Notes under the pieces: model-generated
Database searches by the model: none
The model's input: only the letters and a program-made list of their open reading frames with translations
What the model was told of the DNA's origin: nothing
Shown here: positions 1 through 8,984 of the stretch, piece by piece
Layout: each line of letters starts with the position of its first letter
How positions within the stretch are numbered: the first letter of the stretch is position 1
Assembly: GCA_016208415.1 (NCBI GenBank)
Contig: JACQYB010000038.1
Span: forward strand, 22,730 to 86,729
DNA length: 64,000 nucleotides
Direction: 5' to 3'
From: Betaproteobacteria bacterium
GTDB taxonomy: Bacteria; Pseudomonadota; Gammaproteobacteria; Burkholderiales; Rhodocyclaceae
Translations under genes and position numbers: made by a program

Positions 1-690
1 CGCGGACTGGGGGGCGAAGGTCCAGAAGCTGCGCGAGCGCAGCACATCGGCCAGGCCCCGCAACTGGGCGCGCAGGCCGGCGGTGTGGAGGGCGGCGGGC
101 CGCTCCGGCACGGCGGCGAAGATCCACAGCGCCACGGCGGCGCAGGCTGCCGCGGCGGCGAGGAAGATGCCGCGCCAGCCCATGCGTTCGAGCGCCCATT
201 CCACCGGCACGCTGGCGGTCACCGCGCCGATGGCGCCGGCGGCCATGATCAGGCCGGTGAGCGCCGCCTGCCGTTCCTGCGCGTACCACTGGGCAAAGGC
301 CTTGAGCCCCGCCATGAGGCAGGCCGCCACGCCCAGGCCAATGAGGGCGCGGGCCAGGGCAAGCTGCACCAGGGTGTGGCCAAGCGCGAACAGAGCCGCG
401 CCCACGGCGGCCAGCGCCAGCAGGATCACCTCCACCCGCCGCGGCCCGTAGCGGTCCAGGGCGATGCCCATGGGCAGTTGCGCCATGGCGAAGGCGAAGA
501 AGTAGGTGCTGGTGAGCAGGCCCAGGTCGGCGGCGTCGAGGCCCAGTTCCTGCGTCAGGGTGGGCGAGATGACGGCGTTGACGGTGCGCAGCAGGTAGGA
601 GAGGTAGTAGCCGGCGCAGAAGGGGACCAGCACGCGCAGCCACCGGCGCCCGGGTGGCGCCGCGGGCTCATCTCCCGGCGGGGTGCTCAC
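1..690 (-). CDS. MFS transporter, N-terminal part only (gene runs off the left edge)
   Basis: Absent from the ORF track because there is no stop in the window. My minus-strand translation from GTG at 690 reads VSTPPGDEPAAPPGRRWLRVLVPFCAGYYLSYLLRTVNAVISPTLTQELGLDAADLGLLTSTYFFAFAMAQLPMGIALDRYGPRR... This is a typical MFS TM1-TM3 with the DRxGPRR loop. The GTG overlaps the stop of the MOSC gene (GTGA). Confidence 0.7.
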   Translation of the reverse strand, partial: MSTPPGDEPAAPPGRRWLRVLVPFCAGYYLSYLLRTVNAVISPTLTQELGLDAADLGLLTSTYFFAFAMAQLPMGIALDRYGPRRVEVILLALAAVGAALFALGHTLVQLALARALIGLGVAACLMAGLKAFAQWYAQERQAALTGLIMAAGAIGAVTASVPVEWALERMGWRGIFLAAAAACAAVALWIFAAVPERPAALHTAGLRAQLRGLADVLRSRSFWTFAPQSA

Positions 691-1415
691 CGCGGCGGAC
701 TTGCCGGGGTAGGCGGGGCGGGCTGGGCGCAACGAGTCGCGTTGCGCCGCAGCCACTCCATGCGCTCGGTCAGGCTGCGCACCCAGCCGGGCGCCAGTCC
801 CGGCGTGCGGCAAAGGAAGTCCAGTTCGTCGAGCGCGGGCCGGGCCGCCATGTAGGCGGCCCACAGCCGCGCCAGCGTCACCGGTTGGGCGTTGCGCTCC
901 AGTTGTTCAATGGTGTCGCTGGCGCCCAGGGTGCCGGGCGCCAGCACCCGGTAGTACCAGCCGGTGAGGCCGTGCTGCCCGACATGCTGTGCCACCCCGG
1001 GGGCGTCCAGGCGATGGTCGATCTTCCAGCACGGCCGGCGCGGCTGGCTCACCTGCAGCACGCAACGGCCGATGCGCAGGACGTCGCCGATGCACACCCT
1101 GTCTTCCGTCAGGCCATGGGAGGAGAGGTTCTCCCCCAGCACGCCGGGCGCCAGGATCTCCGCCCGGTGCGGAAAGGCCGCGGCGAGCCGGCGATAGTTT
1201 TCCGCCGGGTAGTGGTGCACCGCCTTTTCCGGGCCGCCATGGACGCGACGGTCGGCCTGGGCGTCGCCCGCCAGACCTTCGACGCCCACCTCCAGCGCCC
1301 GCACCACCGGCGCCTTGAACATGCCGGTGGGGCGGCCCTCGGGGGGCAGCGGGCGGATGCCGCCGACGAATACCGCCGCCAGCCTTACCGCGGACTTGCC
1401 GCGGGCGGGCTTCAT
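687..1415 (-). CDS. MOSC domain-containing protein (YiiM-like)
   Basis: Inner part of ORF 687..1871, starting at MKPARGKSAVRLAAVFVGG. MOSC-like stretches are present: DAQADRRVHGGPEKAVHHY, GENLS, GDVLRIG, LQVSQPRRPCWKI. The ATG at 1415 overlaps the stop of the upstream kinase (ATGA). Confidence 0.8.
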   Translation of the reverse strand: MKPARGKSAVRLAAVFVGGIRPLPPEGRPTGMFKAPVVRALEVGVEGLAGDAQADRRVHGGPEKAVHHYPAENYRRLAAAFPHRAEILAPGVLGENLSSHGLTEDRVCIGDVLRIGRCVLQVSQPRRPCWKIDHRLDAPGVAQHVGQHGLTGWYYRVLAPGTLGASDTIEQLERNAQPVTLARLWAAYMAARPALDELDFLCRTPGLAPGWVRSLTERMEWLRRNATRCAQPAPPTPASPPR

Positions 1416-2335
1416 CGCGCGCCTCCCGGCACCTCGTCCGGCGACCACAGCCAGGCGGCACCGCGCACGCCGCTGGAGTCGCCGTGGAGGTTGCGCACCA
1501 GGCGCGTGGCCACGTGGTCGGAAAACACGTAGGGCCGCCACAGCCGCGGCACCGCCTCGTAGAGCGAACCGATGTTGGACAGGCCGCCTCCCAGCACGAT
1601 CACCTGCGGATCGATGACGTTGATGACCTGGGCCAGGGCGCGCGCCAGCCGCTCCTGGTAGCGCTCCACGGTGGCCACGCAGGCCGGTTCGCCTGCTTCG
1701 GCGCCGGCGACGACCTGTTCCGGCATGCGCGACTCGCCGCTGGTGCGCAGGTGGTCCGCCGCCATGCCCGGGCCGGAGAGATAGGTCTCGATGCAGCCGT
1801 GCCGCCCGCAATAGCAGGCGGGCGGCGGCTCGTCGGAGCGGTGGCAGAAGGGCAGGGGGTTGTGGCCCCACTCGCCGGCGATGGCGTTGGCGCCGTCCAG
1901 CACCCGCCCGCGCACCACGATGCCCCCGCCCACGCCGGTGCCGAGGATCACGCCGAAGACGATGTCTGCGCCCGAGCCCGCGCCGTCCACGGCCTCCGAC
2001 AGGGCAAAGCAGTTGGCGTCGTTGGCGATGCGGATCTCCCTGCCCAGCCGCCGTTCGAGATCGGCCTTGATCGGCCGGCCATTGAGGCAGGTGGAGTTGG
2101 AGTTGCGCAGCAGCCCCGTGACTGGCGACAGCGCGCCCGGGGTGCAGATGCCCACCGCCCCCCGCTGGCCGGTGGCGGCGTCGGTCTCGCGCACCAGGCT
2201 CGCCACCGTCGCCAGCGTGGCGTCGTAGTCACCCTGCGGGGTGGCCGCGCGCCGGCGCAGCAACTGCCGGCCGTCGGCCGACAGGGCGATGATTTCGATC
2301 TTGGTGCCACCCAGGTCGATGCCGAATCTCAACAT
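1412..2335 (-). CDS. ROK family sugar kinase (glucokinase/fructokinase Mak/NagK-like)
   Basis: ORF 1412..2422; likely start is MLRFGIDLGGTKIE (ATG at 2335). It has the ROK N-terminal ATP motif DLGGTK and the zinc motif CYCGRHGCIETYLSG. Confidence 0.85.
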   Translation of the reverse strand: MLRFGIDLGGTKIEIIALSADGRQLLRRRAATPQGDYDATLATVASLVRETDAATGQRGAVGICTPGALSPVTGLLRNSNSTCLNGRPIKADLERRLGREIRIANDANCFALSEAVDGAGSGADIVFGVILGTGVGGGIVVRGRVLDGANAIAGEWGHNPLPFCHRSDEPPPACYCGRHGCIETYLSGPGMAADHLRTSGESRMPEQVVAGAEAGEPACVATVERYQERLARALAQVINVIDPQVIVLGGGLSNIGSLYEAVPRLWRPYVFSDHVATRLVRNLHGDSSGVRGAAWLWSPDEVPGGAR

Positions 2336-2509
2336 GCTCCTCATCCCCTCGCGCGACGGATGCGTGGACAAACCCCCGCGAACGCCTGCCACGCATTCAT
2401 GGTAACGCGCTTTGCGCCGCATCGTGACGCCCGCCGCCGCTTGCCCGGGGCGCGGTCGGGGGGATTAGAATGGCCGCCGCCGGCAGCTTCGCCGGCGCAG
2501 GAGAACGAC

Positions 2510-2845
2510 ATGCTGATTACCTTCCGCTCCCGGGCCGCCGGCGACGTGATCATGTTCGGTGACGTCGGGCGCCGCATGCTGGAGATCATGGGCAAGGACC
2601 CGGCCGACCGACAGGGCATCGTGACCGTCGAGCAGCTCCCCGCGGCCATCGCGCGGCTGCGCGCGGCGATGGAGGAGGACCGGGCCGCCCACACGGCGCT
2701 GGTTCAGGCCGAAGACGACGAGGAGGGGGGGCGGAGCATGATGGCGCCGGTGTCGCTGATCCAGCGCGCCGTGCCGCTGGTGGAACTGCTGGAGTATGCC
2801 CGCCGCGACGGCGAGCCGATGATCTGGGAAGCCACCGGCAGGTAG
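2510..2845 (+). CDS. DUF1840 domain-containing protein
   Basis: C-terminal part of ORF 1484..2845, starting MLITFRSRAAGDVIMFGDVGRRMLEIMGKD. This is the characteristic DUF1840 N-terminus. The rest of the long ORF is antisense to the kinase gene. Confidence 0.7.
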   Translation: MLITFRSRAAGDVIMFGDVGRRMLEIMGKDPADRQGIVTVEQLPAAIARLRAAMEEDRAAHTALVQAEDDEEGGRSMMAPVSLIQRAVPLVELLEYARRDGEPMIWEATGR

Positions 2846-2916
2846 CCGCTGGCGCCGGCCGGCGGGCCCGGCTTTTTCCCCATGGATGGAAGCGCCCCCC
2901 CGCGGAAGGCCATTCC

Positions 2917-2966
2917 GTGGGAGCGGGCTTGCCCGCGATCGCGTCGGCTGCAATCGCGGGCAAGCC
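2917..2966. repeat. REP-like GC-rich palindromic element
   Basis: The core is GTGGGAGCGGGCTTGCCCGCGAT. GGCTTGCCCGCGAT (2926..2939) and ATCGCGGGCAAGCC (2953..2966) form a perfect 14-bp inverted repeat with a 13-nt loop. The element lies between the convergent DUF1840 and ccmI genes. A related half-copy is at 44645..44668. Confidence 0.55.
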
Positions 2967-2996
2967 TGCTTGCGCGCGCCACGCGCGGCCTCCCAA

Positions 2997-4259
2997 TCAG
3001 CGCGCCGGTGCCTGCGCCACGGTGTCGATGACGATGCGTACACCCTTGGCCTGGCGGGCCACGGGCGCGCTGAAGCCCTGCAGGTCGCCGGCACGCGCCG
3101 TAGCGTCGCCGCTGCGCGAGATGCGCGCGCCGATCACCAGCGACCCGTCGCCGGCGGCGGTGCCACCCCCCATGGCGGACGATGGGTCGAGGGTGAATTC
3201 CAGCGGCAGGTCACCGGCCTTGTGCCGCTGCGCCGCCACCGGCCCCCCCTGCGGTCCGCCGCTGCGGGCGAAGATGAACAGCGTATCGTCGGGGCGCAGG
3301 CGGGCGCGCAAAGCCTCGGCCACCTCCACTCGTCCCTTCACGGAAAGCGGCGCCGCGGCGGCGCTGGCCGCTGCGCCCTGCCCCGCGGCGGCAGCGGCTG
3401 TGCCGGTGGGCGGCGCAAAGCCGCCCTGGCGCGCGGCGTCGGCGATGAGGCTGCGGATGCGCCCGGCCGCCTCGTCGTCCTCCTCCGCCTGCGGCAGCAG
3501 CTTCTGCCACATCGTCGCCGCGGCGCGGAAGTCGCGTCGGGTGTAGGCCGAACTAGCCGCCAGCGAGAGCGCCTTGGGGTGCTCCGGATCGAGGGCCAGC
3601 GCGCGGTCGACGAGCTGCTGTGGCTCGCCGGAGAAATCTCCCTCGCGCATTGCCGCGAGCACATCGGCCAGGTCCGCCATGATCTCGGGTTCGTCGGGCA
3701 GCAGCTTGAGGAGCTGGCGGTAGGCCTCCGCGGCCTGTGGGAGGCGGTCCAGGGCGATGTAGGAACGCGCCAGCATGTACCAGGCCTGCGGGTCTGCGGG
3801 CCGCTCCTTCAGCCGTGCCGCCAGGCGCTCCACCGACTGCTCCATGGAATGGGCCTGGTCCCCGGGCGCGCCGGCGACCTCGATGCCCTGGGGAGTGCCC
3901 AGCCAGAGGTACAGTCCCGCGGCCAGGGCCGGCAGGAGCAGACCCACCGCCAGGGCGGCGCGGCGCGGCGGTGTGGCGGTGGCTGCCGTGGGCGGGGCGA
4001 CGGCGGGGGACGCCCCGGTCTCGGCCAGGGCGCGGCGTTCCAGTTCGAGGCGTGCCTCGGCGGCGCGGTCTGCGTCCAGTGCCCCATCGGCCACCTCCTG
4101 GTCCAGGTCCGCCAGTTGGCCGCGCAGCACGGCGAGGTTGGAGTCGGGCGCGGTGTCGGGCGCCGGCGTGCCGGCCGGGCGGGAGAGCAGGGGCGGCAGG
4201 ACGAAGCCGAGGGCCACGGCCAGCAGGAGCAGCGCGCCGGCGACGAAGATCAGGGTCAC
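2997..4259 (-). CDS. ccmI: cytochrome c-type biogenesis protein CcmI (TPR protein)
   Basis: ORF 2997..4613. The likely start is a GTG at 4259 (VTLIFVAGALLLLAVALGF), overlapping the ccmH stop (GTGA). It has an N-terminal TM segment and TPR-like repeats (AWYMLARSYIALDRLPQAAEAYRQLLKLLPD). It is the last gene of the ccm operon. Confidence 0.85.
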   Translation of the reverse strand: MTLIFVAGALLLLAVALGFVLPPLLSRPAGTPAPDTAPDSNLAVLRGQLADLDQEVADGALDADRAAEARLELERRALAETGASPAVAPPTAATATPPRRAALAVGLLLPALAAGLYLWLGTPQGIEVAGAPGDQAHSMEQSVERLAARLKERPADPQAWYMLARSYIALDRLPQAAEAYRQLLKLLPDEPEIMADLADVLAAMREGDFSGEPQQLVDRALALDPEHPKALSLAASSAYTRRDFRAAATMWQKLLPQAEEDDEAAGRIRSLIADAARQGGFAPPTGTAAAAAGQGAAASAAAAPLSVKGRVEVAEALRARLRPDDTLFIFARSGGPQGGPVAAQRHKAGDLPLEFTLDPSSAMGGGTAAGDGSLVIGARISRSGDATARAGDLQGFSAPVARQAKGVRIVIDTVAQAPAR

Positions 4260-4771
4260 TTGCCGCCCTCCCGCGTTTCGCCCGCCGCCTTGTCGGCGGG
4301 TCCGGCCGCCAGGAGCTGCTGCGCCAGCGCATGCTCCTCCGCACTCAGGGCGGCTTCGGGCTGTTGCGCGCGACGACGCAGTCGCACCAGCAGCACCGCC
4401 GCGCCCAGCACCAGCAACAGGAAGGGGCCGCCCCAGAGCGCCGCGGTGAGGGGGTTCAGGGCGGGGCGGTAGCGCACGAACTCGCCGTAGCGCGCCACGA
4501 GGTATTCCACCACCTGCTTGTCGTCGAGGCCCCTGTTCATCTGCTCGCGCACTTCGCGCCGCAGGTCGGAGGCCAGGGGGGCGTTGGAATCGGCCAGGGA
4601 CTGGTTCTGGCACACCACGCAGCGCAATTCCTCGGTCAGTTCGCGAAAGCGCTGCTCGAAGCGCGGGTCGTCGCCGGGCAGTTCGGTCGGCGTGGCGGGC
4701 TGGGCGTGGGCGTAGGGTCCGGCGGCGAGGAGGGCGAAACAGAATGCCAGGGTGGCGGCGCGCAGCTTCAT
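4256..4771 (-). CDS. ccmH: cytochrome c-type biogenesis protein CcmH
   Basis: ORF 4256..5125, starting MKLRAATLAFCFALLAAGPYAHA (signal peptide). It carries the conserved LRCVVCQNQSLADSNAPLASDLRREV motif. Confidence 0.9.
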   Translation of the reverse strand: MKLRAATLAFCFALLAAGPYAHAQPATPTELPGDDPRFEQRFRELTEELRCVVCQNQSLADSNAPLASDLRREVREQMNRGLDDKQVVEYLVARYGEFVRYRPALNPLTAALWGGPFLLLVLGAAVLLVRLRRRAQQPEAALSAEEHALAQQLLAAGPADKAAGETREGGK

Positions 4772-4791
4772 GGGGTCACTCTCACAGGCTC

Positions 4792-5322
4792 TCAAAGGGC
4801 ACGCACGGCGGGCAGCAGGCGCTCGCGCACGATTTCCGGCGTCAGCGGCCCGACGTGCTTGTAGCGGATGCGGCCCTGGCGGTCGATGACGAAGGTCTCG
4901 GGCACGCCGTAGACGCCCAGGTCGATCCCCAGCCGGCCGTCGCCGTCGAACAGCGAGGCGCGGTAGGGGTTGCCGTGGCGTTCCAGCCAGCCCTGGGCGG
5001 TGGGGCGCTCGTCCTTGTAGTTCAGGCCGTAGAGGTTCACCTCGCCGCTCCTGGCCAGGTCCAGCAACACCGGATGTTCCTGGCGGCAGGCCACGCACCA
5101 CGAGGCCCAGACGTTGAGCACCCACACCTGGCCGGCCATGTCGTCGCGGGACATGGCGCGATCGGGGGCGTCCAGCAGGGTGAGGCGGAAGTCCGGCGCC
5201 GGCTTGTCGATGAGGGCCGAGGGCAGCTCGCGGGGATTGAGGCGCAGCCCCGCGGCCAGCATGAGCAGCAGGACGATGAAGGCGGCCAGCGGCCAGTAGC
5301 GGCGTAGCATGCTGTGCTCCAT
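4792..5322 (-). CDS. ccmG: thiol:disulfide interchange protein DsbE/CcmG
   Basis: 176-aa ORF with a TM anchor, a thioredoxin WASWCVACRQEHP motif and GVYGVPETFVID. Confidence 0.9.
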   Translation of the reverse strand: MEHSMLRRYWPLAAFIVLLLMLAAGLRLNPRELPSALIDKPAPDFRLTLLDAPDRAMSRDDMAGQVWVLNVWASWCVACRQEHPVLLDLARSGEVNLYGLNYKDERPTAQGWLERHGNPYRASLFDGDGRLGIDLGVYGVPETFVIDRQGRIRYKHVGPLTPEIVRERLLPAVRAL

Positions 5323-5356
5323 TACGGATGACGGCGCATGAGGCAGGCGCGCGCCG

Positions 5357-7369
5357 CTAGACCCGCGCCGCCGCGCCGGCGGGGGACGCGGGGGGTGCTG
5401 CGCTGCCGGTCGACGCGGCCCGTGGCGCCGCTGCGGGACGCAGGCGATAGCGGCGATCGGCGGCGCCGGCCAGCCCGCCCAGGGCCATCAGCAGGCATCC
5501 GCCCCAGATCCAGCCCACCAGCGGCTTGACGTAGAGCCGCAGGATCCATGATCGGTCATCCACCGGTTCGCCCAGGGCAACGTAGACATGGCGCATGAAG
5601 CCGTAATCGATGTCGGCCTCGGTCATGGGCATGCGCTGCACGTGGTACATGCGCTTCTCGGGCTCCAGCACCGCCACCGGCTTGCCTTCGCGGCTGACTT
5701 CGACGCGGGCGCGGGTGGCGCTGTAGTTGGGTCCCTGGACCTGGCGCAGTTCGGCCAGGCGGAAGGCGTGCTCGCCCAGGGTGGCCGTCTCGCCGGGCGC
5801 GAGGCGCACGTCCGACTGGGATTCGAGGCTGCGGGTGCCGGTGACGCCGATGATGAACACCGCCACGCCCAGGTGGGCCAGCCACATCCCCCAGTAGGCC
5901 AGGGGAAGCCGGCGCAGGCGCGTGGCCAGGCCGGCGCCGGGAGCGCCGGCGCGCACGCGCTGGGCCAGGTGCCGGATGGCGGCGGCCACGATCCACACGG
6001 CGAGGAAAGCGCCCAGGGCGCTGCGCCAGCCGGCATTGGCCACCAAGGCGAGAATTGCCGCCGCCGCCACGGCTCCGAGGATCGCCGCCCACACCAGTTG
6101 CCGCGCCACCCGTCCCGCGCCGTCGCCCTTCCAGCGCACGAAGGGCGCCACGGCCATGAGGAACACGACCGGCGCCATGAGCGGCAGGAAGACGGTGTCG
6201 AAGTAGGGGGCGCCGACCGAGAGCTTGCCCAGGCCGAGGACGTCCATGGCCAGCGGGTAGAGGGTGCCCAGCAGCACGGAGCCCGCCACCACCGCCAGCG
6301 CCACATTGTTGGCGAGCAGCATCGACTCCCGCGACAGCAGGCCGAAGCGCCCGCCGGCTTCCATGCGCGGGGCGCGCACCGAATACACCAGCAGCGAGCC
6401 CCCCACCACCAGCGCCAGCAGCACCAGGATGAACAGGCCGCGGCGCGGATCGGTGGCGAAGGCGTGCACCGAGGTGAGCACGCCGGAGCGCACCAGGAAG
6501 GTGCCCAGCAGCGACAGGGAGAAGGTGGTGATGGCCAGCAGCAGCGTCCAGTTCTTGAAGCCGCCACGCTTTTCCGTCACCGCCAGGGAGTGCACCAGCG
6601 CCGTGCCGGTGAGCCAGGGCATGAAGGAGGCGTTCTCCACCGGGTCCCAGAACCACCAGCCGCCCCAGCCCAGTTCGTAGTAGGCCCAGAAGCTGCCCAG
6701 GGCGATGCCCAGGGTGAGGAACACCCACGCCGCCAGGGTCCACGGGCGCGACCAGCGCGCCCAGGCGGCGTCGAGCCGCCCGCCCAGCAGGGCGGCAAGG
6801 GCGAAGGCGAATGCCACCGAGAAGCCGACGTAGCCCATGTAGAGCAGCGGCGGGTGGAAGATCATGCCCGGGTCCTGGAGCAGGGGGTTCAGGTCGCGCC
6901 CGTCGGGGGCCGGCGGCAGCAGCCGCAGGAAGGGGTTGGAAGTGAACAGCAGGAAGCTGAGGAAGCCCGCCGAAACCAGGCCCAGCACCCCCAGGGCGCG
7001 GGACAGGAGCAGTTGCGGCAGGGAGCGGCTGAACACCGTCACCGCCACCGTCCACAGCGACAGCAGGAAGGCCCACAGCAGCAGCGAGCCCTCGTGGCTG
7101 CCCCACACCGCCGACATGCGGTACTCCCAGGGCAGTGCGGAGTTGGAATTGGAGGCGACGTAGATCACCGAGAAGTCGTGGGCGAGGAAGGCGTAGCCCA
7201 GGCAGCCGATCGCAAGCGCGGTGAAGACGAACTGCCCATGGGCCGCCGGGCGCGCCACGGCCATGAGCCGCGCATCGCCCCGGGCCGCGCCCCACAGCGG
7301 CAGAACCCCCTGCAGCAGCGCCAGGCAGAAGGCGACGATGAGGGCGAGTTGACCGAATTCTGGAATCAT
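5357..7369 (-). CDS. ccmF: heme lyase CcmF/NrfE family subunit
   Basis: ORF 5357..7411 with likely start MIPEFGQLALIVAFCLALLQG (ATG 7369). It is a polytopic membrane protein with the WGGWWFWDPVENASFMPW tryptophan-rich motif. Confidence 0.95.
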   Translation of the reverse strand: MIPEFGQLALIVAFCLALLQGVLPLWGAARGDARLMAVARPAAHGQFVFTALAIGCLGYAFLAHDFSVIYVASNSNSALPWEYRMSAVWGSHEGSLLLWAFLLSLWTVAVTVFSRSLPQLLLSRALGVLGLVSAGFLSFLLFTSNPFLRLLPPAPDGRDLNPLLQDPGMIFHPPLLYMGYVGFSVAFAFALAALLGGRLDAAWARWSRPWTLAAWVFLTLGIALGSFWAYYELGWGGWWFWDPVENASFMPWLTGTALVHSLAVTEKRGGFKNWTLLLAITTFSLSLLGTFLVRSGVLTSVHAFATDPRRGLFILVLLALVVGGSLLVYSVRAPRMEAGGRFGLLSRESMLLANNVALAVVAGSVLLGTLYPLAMDVLGLGKLSVGAPYFDTVFLPLMAPVVFLMAVAPFVRWKGDGAGRVARQLVWAAILGAVAAAAILALVANAGWRSALGAFLAVWIVAAAIRHLAQRVRAGAPGAGLATRLRRLPLAYWGMWLAHLGVAVFIIGVTGTRSLESQSDVRLAPGETATLGEHAFRLAELRQVQGPNYSATRARVEVSREGKPVAVLEPEKRMYHVQRMPMTEADIDYGFMRHVYVALGEPVDDRSWILRLYVKPLVGWIWGGCLLMALGGLAGAADRRYRLRPAAAPRAASTGSAAPPASPAGAAARV

Positions 7370-7535
7370 CCTGGAAACCTCATTTGACGCAGAGCACGCG
7401 GAGAAGAGCACCGAGAACGCAGAGCGTTACAAAGCCGCGCGCATTCACCCGGTCGGTGAATGCCGATGATTGCTCCGCGGTCTCTGCCACTGTGCGATCT
7501 GTGCGTTGAAAGCGGTTCAACTGCGGTTTCAAGGA
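7370..7535. repeat. structured intergenic element inside the ccm operon (nested inverted repeats)
   Basis: 166-nt gap between ccmE and ccmF. GCATTCACC (7441..7449) and GGTGAATGC (7455..7463) form a perfect 9-bp stem. It is flanked by the imperfect inverted pair GCAGAGCACGCGGAG (7389..7403) and CTCCGCGGTCTCTGC (7473..7487). There is also a GCAGAG direct repeat and a GTTGAA/TTCAAC hairpin (7505..7521). Confidence 0.5.
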
Positions 7536-7982
7536 TCATGGCTTCACCGTTTGCGCGGCCTTTTGGGCCTGATCCACCGCGTGCTGGGCCTCGGGGGGCA
7601 TGTAGTTCTCGTCATGCTTCGCCAGCACCTGGCTGGCGCGGAACACGCCTTCGGTGTCCAGCTTGCCATCGGCAACGACGCCCTTGCCTTCGCGGAACAG
7701 GTCGGGCAGCGGGCCGGAAAACACCACGGGGATTTCGTGGGCGGTGTCGGTGACGACGAAGCGCACCGTCACGCCGCCGGCGTCGCGCTGCACGCTGCCG
7801 GTCTCCACCAGGCCGCCGATGCGGAAGCTGCGCCCGGTGGGCGCCTCCTTCGCGACCACCTGGGTGGGCGTGAAGAAAAACACCAGGTTCTGGCGAAAGG
7901 CCGACAGCACCAGGGCCACCGCCGCGATGACGGCCACGAGACCGCCGCCCACCAGCACCAGGCGCTTATGCCTGCTCTTCAT
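7536..7982 (-). CDS. ccmE: cytochrome c maturation heme chaperone CcmE
   Basis: 148 aa, [21 protein letters not shown]...[11 protein letters not shown]...[13 protein letters not shown]. This includes the heme-binding His context typical of CcmE. Confidence 0.95.
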   Translation of the reverse strand: MKSRHKRLVLVGGGLVAVIAAVALVLSAFRQNLVFFFTPTQVVAKEAPTGRSFRIGGLVETGSVQRDAGGVTVRFVVTDTAHEIPVVFSGPLPDLFREGKGVVADGKLDTEGVFRASQVLAKHDENYMPPEAQHAVDQAQKAAQTVKP

Positions 7983-8157
7983 GTTCCGTCTCCGTGAGGC
8001 TCGCCCGCAGGTCGATCAGTCTCCGAATGGCATGGTGGCGCCGCGCCAGGGTGACGACCTCCGCCGCCATCACCAGCAGCGTGACGCCGTAGCTGCCCCA
8101 CACGTAGGGGCCGTAGCCGCCCATGGCGACAAAGGCTTCGAGGCTGGACCACTGCAT
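7966..8157 (-). CDS. ccmD: heme exporter protein CcmD
   Basis: 63-aa single-TM protein ([23 protein letters not shown]) located between ccmC and ccmE. It overlaps the ccmE start. Confidence 0.85.
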   Translation of the reverse strand: MQWSSLEAFVAMGGYGPYVWGSYGVTLLVMAAEVVTLARRHHAIRRLIDLRASLTETEHEEQA

Positions 8158-8184
8158 GGAGGGGGCTCGCTTTCAATAGGCCGC

Positions 8185-8928
8185 TCATGCGGCGCGCAGG
8201 CGCGCCACCCACTCGGAGTGGCGCTCGCGTTCGAGGATGATGGAGCGCACCCGCACCAGGGTCGCCGCGATGGCGTAGCCCCAGAAGGACAGCGCCATGA
8301 CCAGCATGCCCCACAACATGATGCGGGCCATCTTGGGCGCCGCGGTCATGCTCACCGAGGCGCCCTGGTGCAGGGTGTTCCACCACTGCACCGAAAAATA
8401 GATGATGGGGACGTTCACCACCCCCACCAGGGCGATGACCGCCGCCGCCTTGTCGGCGCGGCGCGGGTCGTCGATGGCGCCATGCAGGGCCATGAAACCC
8501 AGGTAGAGGAAGAGCAGCAGGAGTTCGGAGGTGAGCCGCGCATCCCACACCCACCAGGCGCCCCAGGTGGGCTTGCCCCACAGCGCGCCGGTCCACAGGG
8601 CGACGAAGGTGAACATCGCCCCCGTGGGTGCCAGGGCGCTGGCCATCATGGACGACAGCCGGGTGTTGAGCACCAGTCCCAGCCCGGCCCAGGCGGCCAT
8701 GATGATGTAGATGAACATCGACATCCACGCCGCCGGCACGTGGATGAAGATGATGCGGTAGGCATCGCCCTGCTGGGCGTCGGTGGGGGCGACGAGGAAG
8801 CCGATGTAGAGCCCCGCCATGCCCAGCACCATTGCCGCCGCGGCGAACCACGGCCATAGCGCCCCCGCCAGCGGGTAGAACGCCTGGGGGGAGGCGAAAC
8901 GGTAAAGCAGCTTTCCCTGACCGCTCAT
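8185..8928 (-). CDS. ccmC: heme ABC exporter permease CcmC
   Basis: ORF 8185..9141 with likely start MSGQGKLLYRFASPQAFY (ATG 8928). It has the WGKPTWGAWWVWDARLTSELLL tryptophan-rich motif and IIFIHVPAAW. Confidence 0.95.
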   Translation of the reverse strand: MSGQGKLLYRFASPQAFYPLAGALWPWFAAAAMVLGMAGLYIGFLVAPTDAQQGDAYRIIFIHVPAAWMSMFIYIIMAAWAGLGLVLNTRLSSMMASALAPTGAMFTFVALWTGALWGKPTWGAWWVWDARLTSELLLLFLYLGFMALHGAIDDPRRADKAAAVIALVGVVNVPIIYFSVQWWNTLHQGASVSMTAAPKMARIMLWGMLVMALSFWGYAIAATLVRVRSIILERERHSEWVARLRAA

Positions 8929-8984
8929 CGATAATCCGTCATTGTTGTGGTCCGCCAGCGCGCTTCGCCCGCCTGCGGCGCCAT

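Noticed and set aside
83-855. Plus-strand ORFs 83..451 and 85..855 at the left edge
   Set aside because: The minus strand here translates into a clean MFS transporter N-terminus. That gene is missing from the ORF track only because it lacks a stop in the window. The plus-strand ORFs are low-complexity.
2846-2880. Possible intrinsic terminator after the DUF1840 gene (GC-rich palindrome CGCCGGCCGGCG followed by TTTTT at 2873..2877)
   Set aside because: I could only draw a 5-bp stem adjacent to the T-run. The 12-nt palindrome has no loop. This is too weak to call without a folding calculation.
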